Part shown: one piece after another, positions 24,695 through 35,702 of the stretch
Layout: each line of letters opens with the position of its first letter
Numbering within the stretch: position 1 is the stretch's first letter
Assembly (NCBI GenBank): GCA_000934665.2
Contig: JYFJ02003765.1
Span: 1 to 37,838, forward strand
Length of the DNA stretch: 37,838 nt
Reading direction: 5' to 3'
From: Catajapyx aquilonaris
Taxonomy: Eukaryota
Notes under the pieces: model-generated
Told to the model about the DNA's origin: nothing
Databases searched by the model: none
The model's input: the letters and a program-made list of their open reading frames with translations, nothing else
Program-made: the position numbers and the translations under genes

Positions 24695-25930
24695 ATGGCA
24701 GCTGAGATCAACATTCCAGAAGACGTGCTAACAGCAGCCCTACGTAAGACCTACGCCGACGACACTTTGTCAGTGACCAAAGTGGCCTACAGGACTGTCC
24801 CAGATGTAGGCGTCCACTGCGGAGGTGATGTTGGCTACCTGGACGTGGACTTGGAGGGTCGGAGCAGTCCCTTGCAACTCTTTGTCAAGAGCACATCCGA
24901 AGACAGCGGGATTGACTACGACAATTTCGTCAAAGAACTCAAATTCTTCAAGCACCTTATTCCCGCCCTGCAGAAATTCAGCAAAAGTCGTGCCCGTAAC
25001 CCCATTGACCTAAACTTTTTTCCATTGTGTGTTCACACTGCATGCTCACCTTCCTCCAAGGTGATTGTTCTGGAAAACATATCCAGCAAAGGCTACCAGG
25101 TGGTGGAGGTGAAACCAGGAAACAACCCCGAGATACATCACATGAAGGCTGTCATTGAAGCCATTGCAACCCTCCATGCCGTGTCCTACTCCCTTCGCTT
25201 ATCCACCGGTAAGCCTTTGTTGGAATCATTCCCATTCCTACAGGAGAATCTGTTCAGCGACCGTTACAAAGACACGTTTGGTGCTTCGCACGACAAAAGC
25301 TACTCCTTGTGCCTGGCCGTTCTGGACCAAGGTTCGGAACAGTTTGACCTTTTGAAGTCTGTCGGTTCCGATCTATTTGAAGACAGCAAGCGCCTCCTGG
25401 AAGCTGATGGTCCTTTCAACGTGGTGTGTCACGGCGACCTGTGGAACGGCAATTGCATGTTCTTAGCAGAGGATAACAAGCCCGTGGCAGTCAAGCTGAT
25501 AGATTTTCAACTACCTAGATGTAGTCACTTGCTATCGGATGTCACCTACTACCTCTCCTATGGCACCACTAGTGCTTATCGACAGGCTCACTTGATGGAT
25601 ATTCTTCAGTGGTACCGAGATAAATTCGTGTCGGTAGCCAAGTCATTTGATGTCCCTCAGATCCCGTTTACATCCAAGGAGCTCATCCAGGAATACTACG
25701 CCTTGCACAAATTCTGGGTCGGGTTTGCTGTGCAGGGAGTTGTTATGAAGTTAAGTACAAATGAAGATATGGAGAAGACAGTAACTAATAATAGGGATCT
25801 GTTTACTGAGATGCCACTGATAATTGAAAATGTCATTAAGAGAAATGGCAACCGTGAACTGTTGAGGGAGGGGCTTCTGGAATTGTGTGAGGAGATACAA
25901 TGGATCAAAGGAGAAGCTGAAAAAGATTGA
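24695..25930 (+). CDS. Ecdysteroid kinase-like (EcKL / DUF227 / CHK-domain) protein, 411 aa, uninterrupted CDS
   Basis: Motifs LFVK, KELKFF, VLENISSKGY, AIATLHAVS, catalytic-loop CHGDLWNGN, metal-binding LIDFQ, SDVTYYL. Splice acceptor ttttcag 4 nt before the ATG implies an upstream 5'UTR exon. Confidence 0.93.
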   Translation: MAAEINIPEDVLTAALRKTYADDTLSVTKVAYRTVPDVGVHCGGDVGYLDVDLEGRSSPLQLFVKSTSEDSGIDYDNFVKELKFFKHLIPALQKFSKSRARNPIDLNFFPLCVHTACSPSSKVIVLENISSKGYQVVEVKPGNNPEIHHMKAVIEAIATLHAVSYSLRLSTGKPLLESFPFLQENLFSDRYKDTFGASHDKSYSLCLAVLDQGSEQFDLLKSVGSDLFEDSKRLLEADGPFNVVCHGDLWNGNCMFLAEDNKPVAVKLIDFQLPRCSHLLSDVTYYLSYGTTSAYRQAHLMDILQWYRDKFVSVAKSFDVPQIPFTSKELIQEYYALHKFWVGFAVQGVVMKLSTNEDMEKTVTNNRDLFTEMPLIIENVIKRNGNRELLREGLLELCEEIQWIKGEAEKD

Positions 25931-27769
25931 ATTTATACTTGTTTGCTGCCATTTTCAAGCAAGTCACTTTGTATTGGGTGCTTATCAAAGGGTGCGTTAC
26001 ACTGCAAAAACATTTCAGGTAATTAAAAATATTTCATATTCACAAGGGGAAAAATGACATGTTGTAAGTGATGTGTACCTATCTGTAGACATAATTAATA
26101 CAAGTGCAGTATGACAATGCTGTTGTTTCTTAGACATTCATTATGTTTAGGACGTCACAGGGTAAAAACAATTATTATTAGGTTATTAAAAAAGAACTTT
26201 TGAAAATCATGACTTTTTGACATGCACTGGGCACACTTAAAATGCCCTGATATTAATAATTTTGGCTCCTTCAATCTGATCGTAAGAATTTGTTTAAATC
26301 TCCTGAAAATTAACATAGCCTCATGATGTAACAAATCGTTACCTACTATTTGATTACACACAAGTAACTCTTCCAATCGAGGCATTTTTCAAACAGTAAT
26401 ATACCATATTAAATTTGTAATCTTATGTCGAGCACTCTCGCCTCCAAGCTTATTCTTTATTCTCGTGGTCACTCATTAGGCTCTCTCACCTGCCAAACAA
26501 TTTTGGGATGTTCCGAAACAAATAAAGATCACTTGTGGCAAGGACTGGACTGTGGTCTAGGTGTTCAGTGTGAACCACAAAACAAAATCGTTCCCATGTA
26601 ATTCGGATTATTCTGCATTCCAGTCATTCATTTATTGCAAGAAACATGATTATTAATGAGTACTTTCTTTGTATAATTACTAGTCTGCGTAAGTCGATTG
26701 TTTTGCTCTGCTTCATACAGACCAAAATAATGCTTAGCTTTTTACTTGTGTATTTTTATTGTGATGCTAATGAAACCTGTTTTTTTGTTATTGAATTTTA
26801 CACCCTCAAGAAGAGGTGGAAGTGCCAGCTCATGTAGGCTAAATGGCACTTGATTATTTTTCTTCTCATCATGGCTTCGCATATATTAAAATACGCAAAA
26901 GTAGAGCTATCACAGTGCTAAAGATATCCAGAAAATATTTAATGACGTTAGCCTATAAGAATATTCAAATCATTATTATAGCCTGTAGTAAATTTAATCT
27001 TAATGGAAGATTATCTTTCAAAAACTAGTTATAAGTCTGTGAAAGGAAAAAATGAGTTTCTATTGGTCAAAGACAATGTATTATATTGTAGATAGATATA
27101 CAGTCTATCTGTGACATTAAATGCACAAAGTGCAGCTAAGGGTGATTATACGTTTCTCTTATATTTGTTTCGGCTCTGCATAGGGTGACATTATCAGTGT
27201 ATTGTATTGTTCTAGTAGGTTTTTCTGCACAATAATTGACAATTCTTTCATTTCAATGTGACAAAGTCATGGGACTATTCAGGCAGCTGTCTCGTTTTAA
27301 TTTTAATAGATGCTGCATGTTCATAGACTCGTGAGTTCAGAGTGAAAAAATGAATACGCAATACACAGTTATAAAATTGAGTTTCTTGTTTTACACACAA
27401 TGTTGTCGTTTTCTTAAAACATTGACTTTAAATAATGGAAGGTGTAAAAGTGATAATATTGAGAGTGGTGTAAATAAACTTACAACCATATACAAATCTG
27501 TTGAACATTTAAATACTTTATTTCTCAATGTGTTATAATAAAGTGTATTTCCCTCTAAAATGATGGGGTTTCTTTTTGCCTTGTAAAGGATGACATAAAA
27601 CAACCATTCCATTCCAATGACCCCTAACCATATTACGAGAGCCGTTCCAAAATTATTTACAGTTTATTTTTTTGCCGAAAATACAGGGACCACGCATGTC
27701 GGAAAATAGGCACACACTATCGACAGAACCCTCCCGGAGCCGAATGCACAGGGGTCATGGGTGTGGCAA

Positions 27770-28405
27770 CCTCTCCAGGCCCCCCAGGAACCACTTTTTG
27801 GAGGTGCGACGCACCTACTACCGGACAACTGCTCAGACAGCAACTAATCAACAATGTCCTTAAAATGGCGTCGGCGAAGGAATTTTTCCATGGATCTTGC
27901 TTTGAGTGCTTCCACACCCACCGTACTCCCCATGGCCTGGCCCCCAGTGACTTTGTTTGTTTGTTTGTTTGTTTGTAATACCCCGTGCTATGGTCAGGGG
28001 CCCTCTTAGGGGAGGAGGGAGGTTCCCAAGAGGTTCGTAAGTATAGTCATTTCTGACCCTCTTAAATATACCAGAGCTTTTCTCTTGGCCATGGGCAGAG
28101 AAGGGAGGGCAATTCTGCCCGGACATGTCGGGTGAAAAGCAGAAAAAGACCCGACCAAGCGAAGGTGCGCGAAGGTGACCGCCTGACGCGGACGGGATTT
28201 GAACCCCGGACTTCCCGCTTAGCTGGCCAGTAGAATAACCACTAGACCACCATGCCCCCCCGCCTCCTGTGACTTTCATATGTTCGAATATATTTAAAAA
28301 GTCCCTTCGCCGATGCCATTTAGAGGACATAGTTGACTGTGAAGAGTTGTCGGGGAGTCGGTGCGACGCACCACCAAAAAGTGGTTCCTGGAGGACCTGG
28401 AGAGG
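27770..28405. mobile_element. Long-TIR MITE interrupted by a SINE
   Basis: About 110-bp imperfect inverted repeats at 27770-27887 and 28296-28405 (CCTCTCCAGG...GGAACCACTTTTTGG...); exact termini and TSD unresolved. Confidence 0.75.
27955..28261 (-). mobile_element. tRNA-derived SINE (family C) with (AAAC)n tail
   Basis: A box TGGTCTAGTGG, B box GGTTCAAATCC; 15-bp TSD with two mismatches, GCCCCCAGTGACTTT (27940-27954) / GCCTCCTGTGACTTT (28262-28276). Confidence 0.85.
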
Positions 28406-28908
28406 ATCATTTTGGTTCTGCCCTCGTAAATGGAACGTGAATGAATGACGTTATTTCAGAGTTTAAGGTGCGGTTCACGTGATAAGCATGCGTATAATAC
28501 TTGCTCCTACAATATGCATCAGGTATCGGATTCATACGGTAAGATTATTGAATGTACAGTACAACATAACCTTATGCAACATGGCCTTTTGCATAGTATA
28601 TTGTTCCATACATGTGGGACTATTTTTATATGAGCTAGCCTATAGCAGAGTAAAAATCTGAACAGTGAATTAACATAGTATATTACATCAGATACATCAC
28701 ATCTGATTGTGAGATCTGAATATTATGCTGGAACTTACAATAGAGAGGAATATTGCTCTACTCACGCAACGTCCTAATCAAAACGACATTGTAATTAGCT
28801 TTGTTGTAATACATTACATAATGCATCATACTTTAACACATGAAAAATAATAAGGTAAGCATACAAAAATGACACGCATATTGAGTTAACTTTGTAATGT
28901 AATCAAAC

Positions 28909-29061
28909 CAAAGGGGGTAACCACTCGACCGAAAAGTGTACACACTGGAGTACCAAATTCAAGGAGTACCAAGGAGTACCAAAGAGTAAGGTACATAAAA
29001 GGAGTACCTGGGAGTACCACTCGCAGGTGTACACCGGAGTACCGAAGTGGTTACCCCCTTG
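28909..29061. mobile_element. MITE with 8-bp TSD, copy 2 (opposite orientation to 11882-12013), 17 bp past the EcKL-2 stop codon
   Basis: TIR CAA(A)GGGGGTAACCACT; perfect TSD AATCAAAC at 28901-28908 and 29062-29069; repeated GGAGTACC. Confidence 0.9.
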
Positions 29062-29078
29062 AATCAAACATCCTTTTT

Positions 29079-30782
29079 CTAAAATAATATTCCACAGTGT
29101 TTCAATGAATACTTCATTTCTTCAAATGCCGCCGCCAGGTGACGTTTAAATATATCCGCAATATCTCGGTCAAGTGACACCTTTTTGATTGCATCCATAA
29201 GGACCTCGAGAGCCTCTGATTTCTGATCATCACCTGGATCCGCAAAAGTCGACTTAGGAAGCAAACGAACAGTCAAGACGTTGGGCGTAAACAAAAGAAT
29301 TAAGGCACTGCGTCTTCTGAAGTCTTCCTTCATCTCCTCCAGGGTGAATCCACAATCGTCAATACCTAAGTACTTAACAGTTTCCGTAAAAAAATTGTAA
29401 TAAATACCCAGTAATTGGTCCAGATGTTTCTTTCTTAGATCTGGACTTGTACTGGTAAAGAAGAAGTAGACAAGGTCCACTGTCAAAGACGCCATCCGAA
29501 GCAGCTGCATGTCGTACATGATGACCTCAATAGGATTTCCATTCGCGTCATATTTGAATAGCATGTTGTTGCTCCAGGAATCTCCATGGTTGATGACCTT
29601 GAATGGCCCTGGATCACCGAAGCAGCAGTAGCTGAGGGGATTTGGTATCCGGCTGCAAATCGGGAGGTCCAGGGATCAAATCCCCAGGCCGGCAACTCTG
29701 ACCGTGGTTTTCTGTGGTTTCCCACGGTCACTCCCAGGTGAATACCGGAGTTGTTTCCTAATCGTAGGCCACAGCCGCTTCCTACCCTTCCTATCCCTGT
29801 CCCATACTGGAGGAGGTGCGGCGTTTGTGGGAGGTCTCTTACCCGCACCTAGAGGGTCGTCTTTCAACCTAGCCCTCTGGGGGACTGCACACGGCCTCCG
29901 CCATGAGACACTGCACTTGCACCACTGTCCCCCCCTCCATCCTGCAACCGGAGAGATAGAAAATGGTCGAAAAACCTCCCCCCTACATAAGCCTGAAGGC
30001 TTCAGGGGTGTAATATTAAAAAAAAAAAAAAAGAATGGCCCTGGATCTTTTGTCAACTTGATGGCGATGTCATACACCTTGTCAACTAGGGTTCGCAATT
30101 GTTCCAGTGTCCTCTGGTATTGTGGATCACCTTCAAACACCGTCAGTGCGTTCGAAAAACCCACCTTACTCAAGTCAAAAAATAATTTTTTCCCATGCTC
30201 AGAGAAGACTTTGTCTTCCAAGAAGGGCCATTCCTCGTAGGTAGGATGCCCTGTCTTATTCAACATGACGAAAGAAGCAGCGTGGTATTTGGCCAACGCC
30301 TCCATTAACAGATTGCAATGAGCAAAGTCCTGTCCTTCTCGACTACCTTTGAACATCTGGAAACCTTTGAGGGACAGATTTTCCAATGCAACTGCGTCAT
30401 AGACATTATCGAATTTAGCATAGTAACAGGTGGGGAAGCGAAGTGGTATGGGATGACTTGACACATTCGAACAAAACTCTTGCAGGGCTGGCAACACTAA
30501 CTCGTAGAATTTAATTTCTTTCAGGGACGTCTGGTGGCTACTCATCCTCTCACGGTGAGCCTGATTATTGGAATTATACTTGATGAACAAGTGAACTTTC
30601 TGAGGCGTTTTATCACTGAGGACATATTCGACTTCGATTAGCTCCAGGGCACTGACGAAATGATCTCCGGCCATGTCTGGATCCTCAACAGTCATCTTGG
30701 TAATGACAAGGGCTTCGTCATTTTTCAGGTGTCTCATAGACGACTGCAAGTCTTCTACAGATATGCACTTTGACTCGGACAT
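29079..30782 (-). pseudogene. Second EcKL paralog disrupted by a SINE insertion (423 aa if the insertion is removed)
   Basis: Deleting 432 bp (SINE plus one TSD) fuses the two ORFs into MSESK...HLFIK...KEIKFY...ALENLSLKGF...ALAKYHAAS...KDPGPF-KVINHGDSWSNNMLF...YDMQ...DLVYFF...CGILF* with no other lesion. Acceptor tttcag lies 10 nt before the ATG at 30782. Confidence 0.9.
29616..30032 (+). mobile_element. tRNA-derived SINE (family A) inserted in the EcKL-2 CDS
   Basis: Perfect 15-bp TSD GAATGGCCCTGGATC (29601-29615, 30033-30047), pure A15 tail, B-box-like GGGATCAAATCCC, head homologous to 10015-10351. Confidence 0.95.
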
Positions 30783-31123
30783 GACGGCAAGCCTGAAACG
30801 AGATAGTAGCATGCCAAAGTCATATTGTGTGTAACTTCTTCATTTATAAATGTAAACACTTTTGTCATTTTGACAAGTAAGAAATTAGTAAAATTATTAT
30901 ATGGGTTTTGTTTGCACTGTAAGTTAACGTAAATGGCGTAGGTTAATAATTAATGGGTAAATAGGTAAATATGTCTGAGGATAAGGTGATGTCTAAGGTG
31001 GGCAGGGGTGGGGGGTGGGACAGGTTGTTTTTAGGTTTATTCTCATGAGTTTTATTAGTTCATTGTTGGGTTAGCTTGCGTCTCCCTTCATCGCTGACTA
31101 CCCCTCATAGGGAAATGTCGTGA

Positions 31124-31165
<42 letters not shown>
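31124..31165 (+). repeat. (TGT)14 microsatellite, possibly the tail of a 5'-truncated retroposon
   Basis: Perfect trinucleotide run preceded by the small hairpin CCCTCATAGGG. Confidence 0.85.
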
Positions 31166-31239
31166 AGGCTAAGTTAACGTGTTACAAGCCTAATGTGAGA
31201 CAGTTTTATGCTGATTGTGTAAACTCGAGCAAGGCTTAC

Positions 31240-31285
31240 CTTGAATGCAGAAAAGTTCGATACCCCATTTGTGGACTTGTACTGA
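31240..31285 (-). promoter_or_regulatory. Candidate initiator and short 5'UTR exon of EcKL-2
   Basis: Minus-strand TCAGT (31285-31281) followed about 44 nt later by a strong donor AAG|GTAAG (31240/31239), which could splice to the acceptor at 30793. Confidence 0.35.
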
Positions 31286-34200
31286 TTAGTAAGCAGCTGC
31301 TGGCATTATCAAAGACTTATGTAATTTGCTCTGTTCATTCATGTTACGTTTCGGCCAATAGTAGTATAGAGAATATAAACAACATAATGTTGTTGTTTCG
31401 GTATTAGTGATTCATGCTAACCTAAATAGAAGTCGAAACCTGATATTTGCAACCTTAAAATGAATTACAGGTACTAAAATTGCACTGAAAATACCTATGA
31501 AATTAGGACGTCTACGGAAATCTTCTGACAAATTATAGTACTGTAGTAGACTATTGTCTCCCTACACACTATTATGACTCTTGTAACTAATCAGACAGTA
31601 AATCAGACACTTTTCTTGTGACTGACACTTAAAATTTTAATACACTTGATCGCAGAAAAAAAGTATGGTACATGTACTTGTTCAGCGAGTTACACAAGTT
31701 CAGAAGTAAGATGTAAAAGGAAATATATCAGTAATATTATGGAAGAATCGGGTGAATGTGCGTACCTGTACAGAGATGATGATATCTGGTCCGTTATCCA
31801 GAATTGTGTCAACTTGAAGACTCTTGTAGCCTACTGTGTTTATACCATCCTTATCAAAATTGTGTATATCGCTTGGGACATGTGAATAACTGTTATGGAA
31901 ACCATGACGACGAGATAACCGGATTGCACTACAGTCGTTTTATAGAGTAATATTATTGTGCAATAATGTTACGTCTATATGAGTAAGAACAAGCATTGTA
32001 CAGGCTATAGGGTATTCCAAACCCAGATCCAAAGTAAACAGAAAATAACCATCTTTCTTCTCATATATTTACGAGATGATAGGCCTACGTAGATGAGGCA
32101 CTCATGACTTGTACACCACAGATAAGCATGAGTCATTTAACATATAAAACTTAGGATTTATGACTGAACATCCCATTTTTTCGTATGCCACAAGGCTGGT
32201 CATGTGGAGGGTCTGACATAGGTAAACGTGTCTTATGGCCCATGCTCGAACCCGTGCTCGAACCCTTTAAATTAGGTACAGCAAAGAAGTGTGCCAGTTC
32301 CCTGTGTGTAGCATTTTTTTCATACCCTGCTGATGTCAAGGTCATTTTATATACTCGTAGATAATGCAAAATATATTTCATGCAGTACATGTTCTGATTT
32401 TTTGTAACAAGTTACCAGTTTACATGCTCGAAAAAGGTTACCTGTCAGGTTACCATAACAGTAACGAGTTACTAGTCGTACTAAGTTTCTACCCAACTCA
32501 GGAGGCACCTTCAAGCGCCTTCAAGGGATCATGACGACATCGCATCTCTCCATGATCAGAAAAATAATATTCCTTAGGATTTCCTGCAGGTCGGTATGAC
32601 AATGACACACACGCACTGCTCCTCATAATCGACACATGCATAGCCTACAGTCATGTTTCCCTCAATAATTGTGATATGGTTATTTTTACTTACACGTGGA
32701 TCTATAGGATGAGACATACGGTAACATTTAGCTGTATACATCAGTAGCATATAGTTATACTTTTTTTTGCACATTTTTGTCATGTTTTTCACATTTTTAT
32801 GAAACAACAGCCATATTGAAACAGTGAAAATGCATCATTACAGGATCTCTAATAGTTAAGATATCTGATTCCTCCTACCATGTTTTTGCTGCGAATTGTA
32901 GCATACTGGGGGTAAAGTAGAAAATGCATGACAGGAAAATATAGTCACATGTTGAAGCATGATCTACTGAAGGTTCTAGTTCTGGCTAATGCTGCGATTA
33001 TAATAAAATATATGATATCGTCATCTAATATTAATATCATGTAGTGAATAAATTGAACCCTATAAACAAATCAAATATTTGTCTTGAAGCAAATGGTCTT
33101 CAAAATCAGTATTTTTACCATTTTACTAGTACGTGATAGCGGTGCATCTACTTCAAGCATGAACAAGCAAAATAATTTAACAGAGTAATTAATGTCGAAT
33201 ATGATCATTTTTGTCATCTTGTTCCCCTGCTCAGATTGTGACAAACAATAATCGAGATCTGACTTGTGCATTCCAAAATACACCATTTGCACGGAATAAG
33301 GTTACGTACTTTATTAGCGCAATGTCGCCCAAATAGGCTTGCACTGAGGGTGACAAAGACAGCGATAAAGTGGCCAAATTTTATTTGGACAGATTTGGAT
33401 CACTTTTGCGATTTCAAGAGTTGGGGTCCATACAGACGTGTCACCAACACGTAGCTTATGGCTTCTTAACGTCTTGCTTCATTCCTAGGTATTTTTGTAC
33501 ACTGTATACATAGACCACACTTTGCGCCAAGAAGAAGAGTTCTGAGTGATGATAAGTCATACTTTAAAACAATCTTATCGATTAATGAAGAATAACCAAC
33601 TAACATGAAAAATGTCCGCATCTATATAAGCAGAGAATGTCATTAATATGCAAGTGTGAAATGCCTGGCACTTTTTTTTTAAATCCAACGCATAGAAGGC
33701 GACAATAATGTGATTTTTAGTGTGATTGATAACAGTGATTGGCCGAATTAGCACAGCATTTTATTAGGGCTACATTCCTTCAATATTCCTGTCCTGTGAT
33801 ATCATATAACAAGAGAACGAAATAGTTTTGCTGTCGTGCCAAGTTGGTCAACTGTTGCACCAAGTGTCTTCCTGCTCTCGGGGCGTGGTTGCAGTGCTTC
33901 TCCATCCAACAGCGCAATACACCAATAGATGACCACCACTCGATTCGATTTAAGATTTTTATTCCTTCTCTCTTATATCCATAGAAGAAACGGGAATTGG
34001 TTTGCAAATAATTACCTTCCACAAACAGGTTGATTGGCACGTGCTTACACATGAATAATGATAAAAAGTAGCAAAACGTCTTCATATCTAGTTCAAACTT
34101 CCATCTCTATTGAAGTTGCTTCACTAAATTGCGGTGTGTCGTCGACTAACAAACAGGTTTGATTTTTGCTCCTTACAGTATTAATAAGCAATTTATCATA

Positions 34201-34739
34201 ATAAAATCTGAACCTCATATTTATCACTATCCGCTACTGCTATTGCCAGTATTTTGATTGGCGATACCTTGCATAAAACTCATTTCTCACTCTTGAATCA
34301 CTTTTACAGCACTGAGGGCCAAACGTAATTGCATCTGTCAAAACTCGCTCAGGTCATTCTACATAGCAGGCTAATAATCGCATATTTATTGCCGATGAAT
34401 GATACTCGGGATTTTTCATTGGATCGCTGCCACCTTAATGACTGCAAGGGTACTGCCAAATGTAATTACATGCACGTTTTGCACAATGACCTACATGTCA
34501 CGTGTCATAGTAGAAGGGGATACCGTATTGCTTTCATGTCGATTCCAAAACTGGGTCATAATATATTGTACTTTACAAAATGTAGCTGACCGGAGTGTTA
34601 TTATCGAAAAATGAGTGGAGTCATGTACAAATAGGAGTGTAATAGGACTGGTACTGTAAGAAAGATAAGAAAATGTTTCGGCCATATTTTGCGATTACTC
34701 GAGCACAATTACAGTTATGGATGGCTAATGACTGTGAAT

Positions 34740-35418
34740 GGGACATCATCAGGCTTGAGTCCGGGGGCTATCGGGCTTATGGTAATTTCTTGGGTATTCA
34801 AACGGGCGTGGGTTGAACCCCTCGTGGTCTCACCACTCTCACTTTCCATCAACTCTTTGGGCAGCCGAACTAGAGCAATTCAACGGTATAGTAGGTGATT
34901 CTTATCTTGACAAAAAAGGCCCGGACTCTTGCAAAAATACATAAAAGCAGGGTCAACGAATCTGGCCCTTCTATTTTTTTTTGGACCTACAAAACTCACA
35001 GCTTTTACTGGACTACTGGTTGTAAAACTGGACACCCTTTGGGAAGGTCACCTTATGATGCCAGTAAACTCGGGAGCTTCTAATGTACACCCTGACCGCT
35101 TCAGAAAGTGCATGACCTCCCTCCTTCAAGCCCTTCATATGTTATACAAAAAAAAGGCGCGTAGGCGTCAATCAAGCAAAATAATGAAACCCTGCCAAAC
35201 TGTACATTAAGAGAAATGATTTGAGTTCGCAGGGCATTTGTGCCTGTACTTATAACAGATGGAATAGTATTGTTCGTGATGTGTGCCAAGTTACAGCGTG
35301 CGTGTAGAGTCCTGTCCGCACTATCATGATGGTCCAAATAGTCGCAAGTGGCGTTTGAGAAAGTCAGCGAATGTCTCATGACCTCCGGCAGAATATGTAA
35401 GGTTGCAAACGGCATACG
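34740..35418 (+). mobile_element. Decayed LINE reverse-transcriptase fragment
   Basis: Colinear RT-like motifs across frameshifts: SPGAIGL (SPGPDGI), SPLSLSIN (PLxxLFN), KKARTLAKIHK (WKxAxxxxIxK), RFRKCMTSLLQAL (GFRxxxSTxxAL), VRRAFVPV..DGI (DxxKAFDxVxHxG), VANGI (GVPQG). Confidence 0.55.
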
Positions 35419-35611
35419 ATTTTTTTTTAAATTCAGAACAACTGAAAGAGATCGGGTGGTGGTGGTGTAGGTGAAGTGTAGAAGGTTTTGGAACTAGGGG
35501 CGTGGTAAAGGGGGTGAAGGTGCGAGGTGTTGTGGGGCGCGAAAGTTTGGAATGTAGTCAAACGCGCCAAAGATACAAGCGACTGTGCCCTCCATCTTGA
35601 ATTTGATCGGG

Positions 35612-35649
35612 TATATATTCCCCATATGCGAGGTAACCCGGCATCAGTA
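35612..35649 (+). promoter_or_regulatory. Core promoter of cuticular gene 2 (TATA + Inr)
   Basis: TATATAT at 35612-35618 and TCAGTA at 35644-35649, about 55 nt before the ATG. Confidence 0.65.
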
Positions 35650-35702
35650 CCTATCAGCTGTCTCCTGTGACCACTTCACCTCTCACTACTCTCAGCATCA
35701 GC

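Noticed and set aside
28940..29045. Spaced short GGAGTACC repeats superficially like a CRISPR or iteron array
   Set aside because: Units are 8 bp, irregularly spaced and inside a TIR/TSD-bounded MITE in a eukaryotic genome.
29616..30032. Possibility that the insertion in EcKL-2 is an ordinary intron
   Set aside because: No GT...AG at the boundaries in gene orientation; TSD, A tail and a second family copy identify it as a SINE.
29704..30240. 178-aa plus-strand ORF and 121-aa minus-strand ORF 29483-29848
   Set aside because: Run through the SINE and the antisense or alternative frame of the kinase; not genes.
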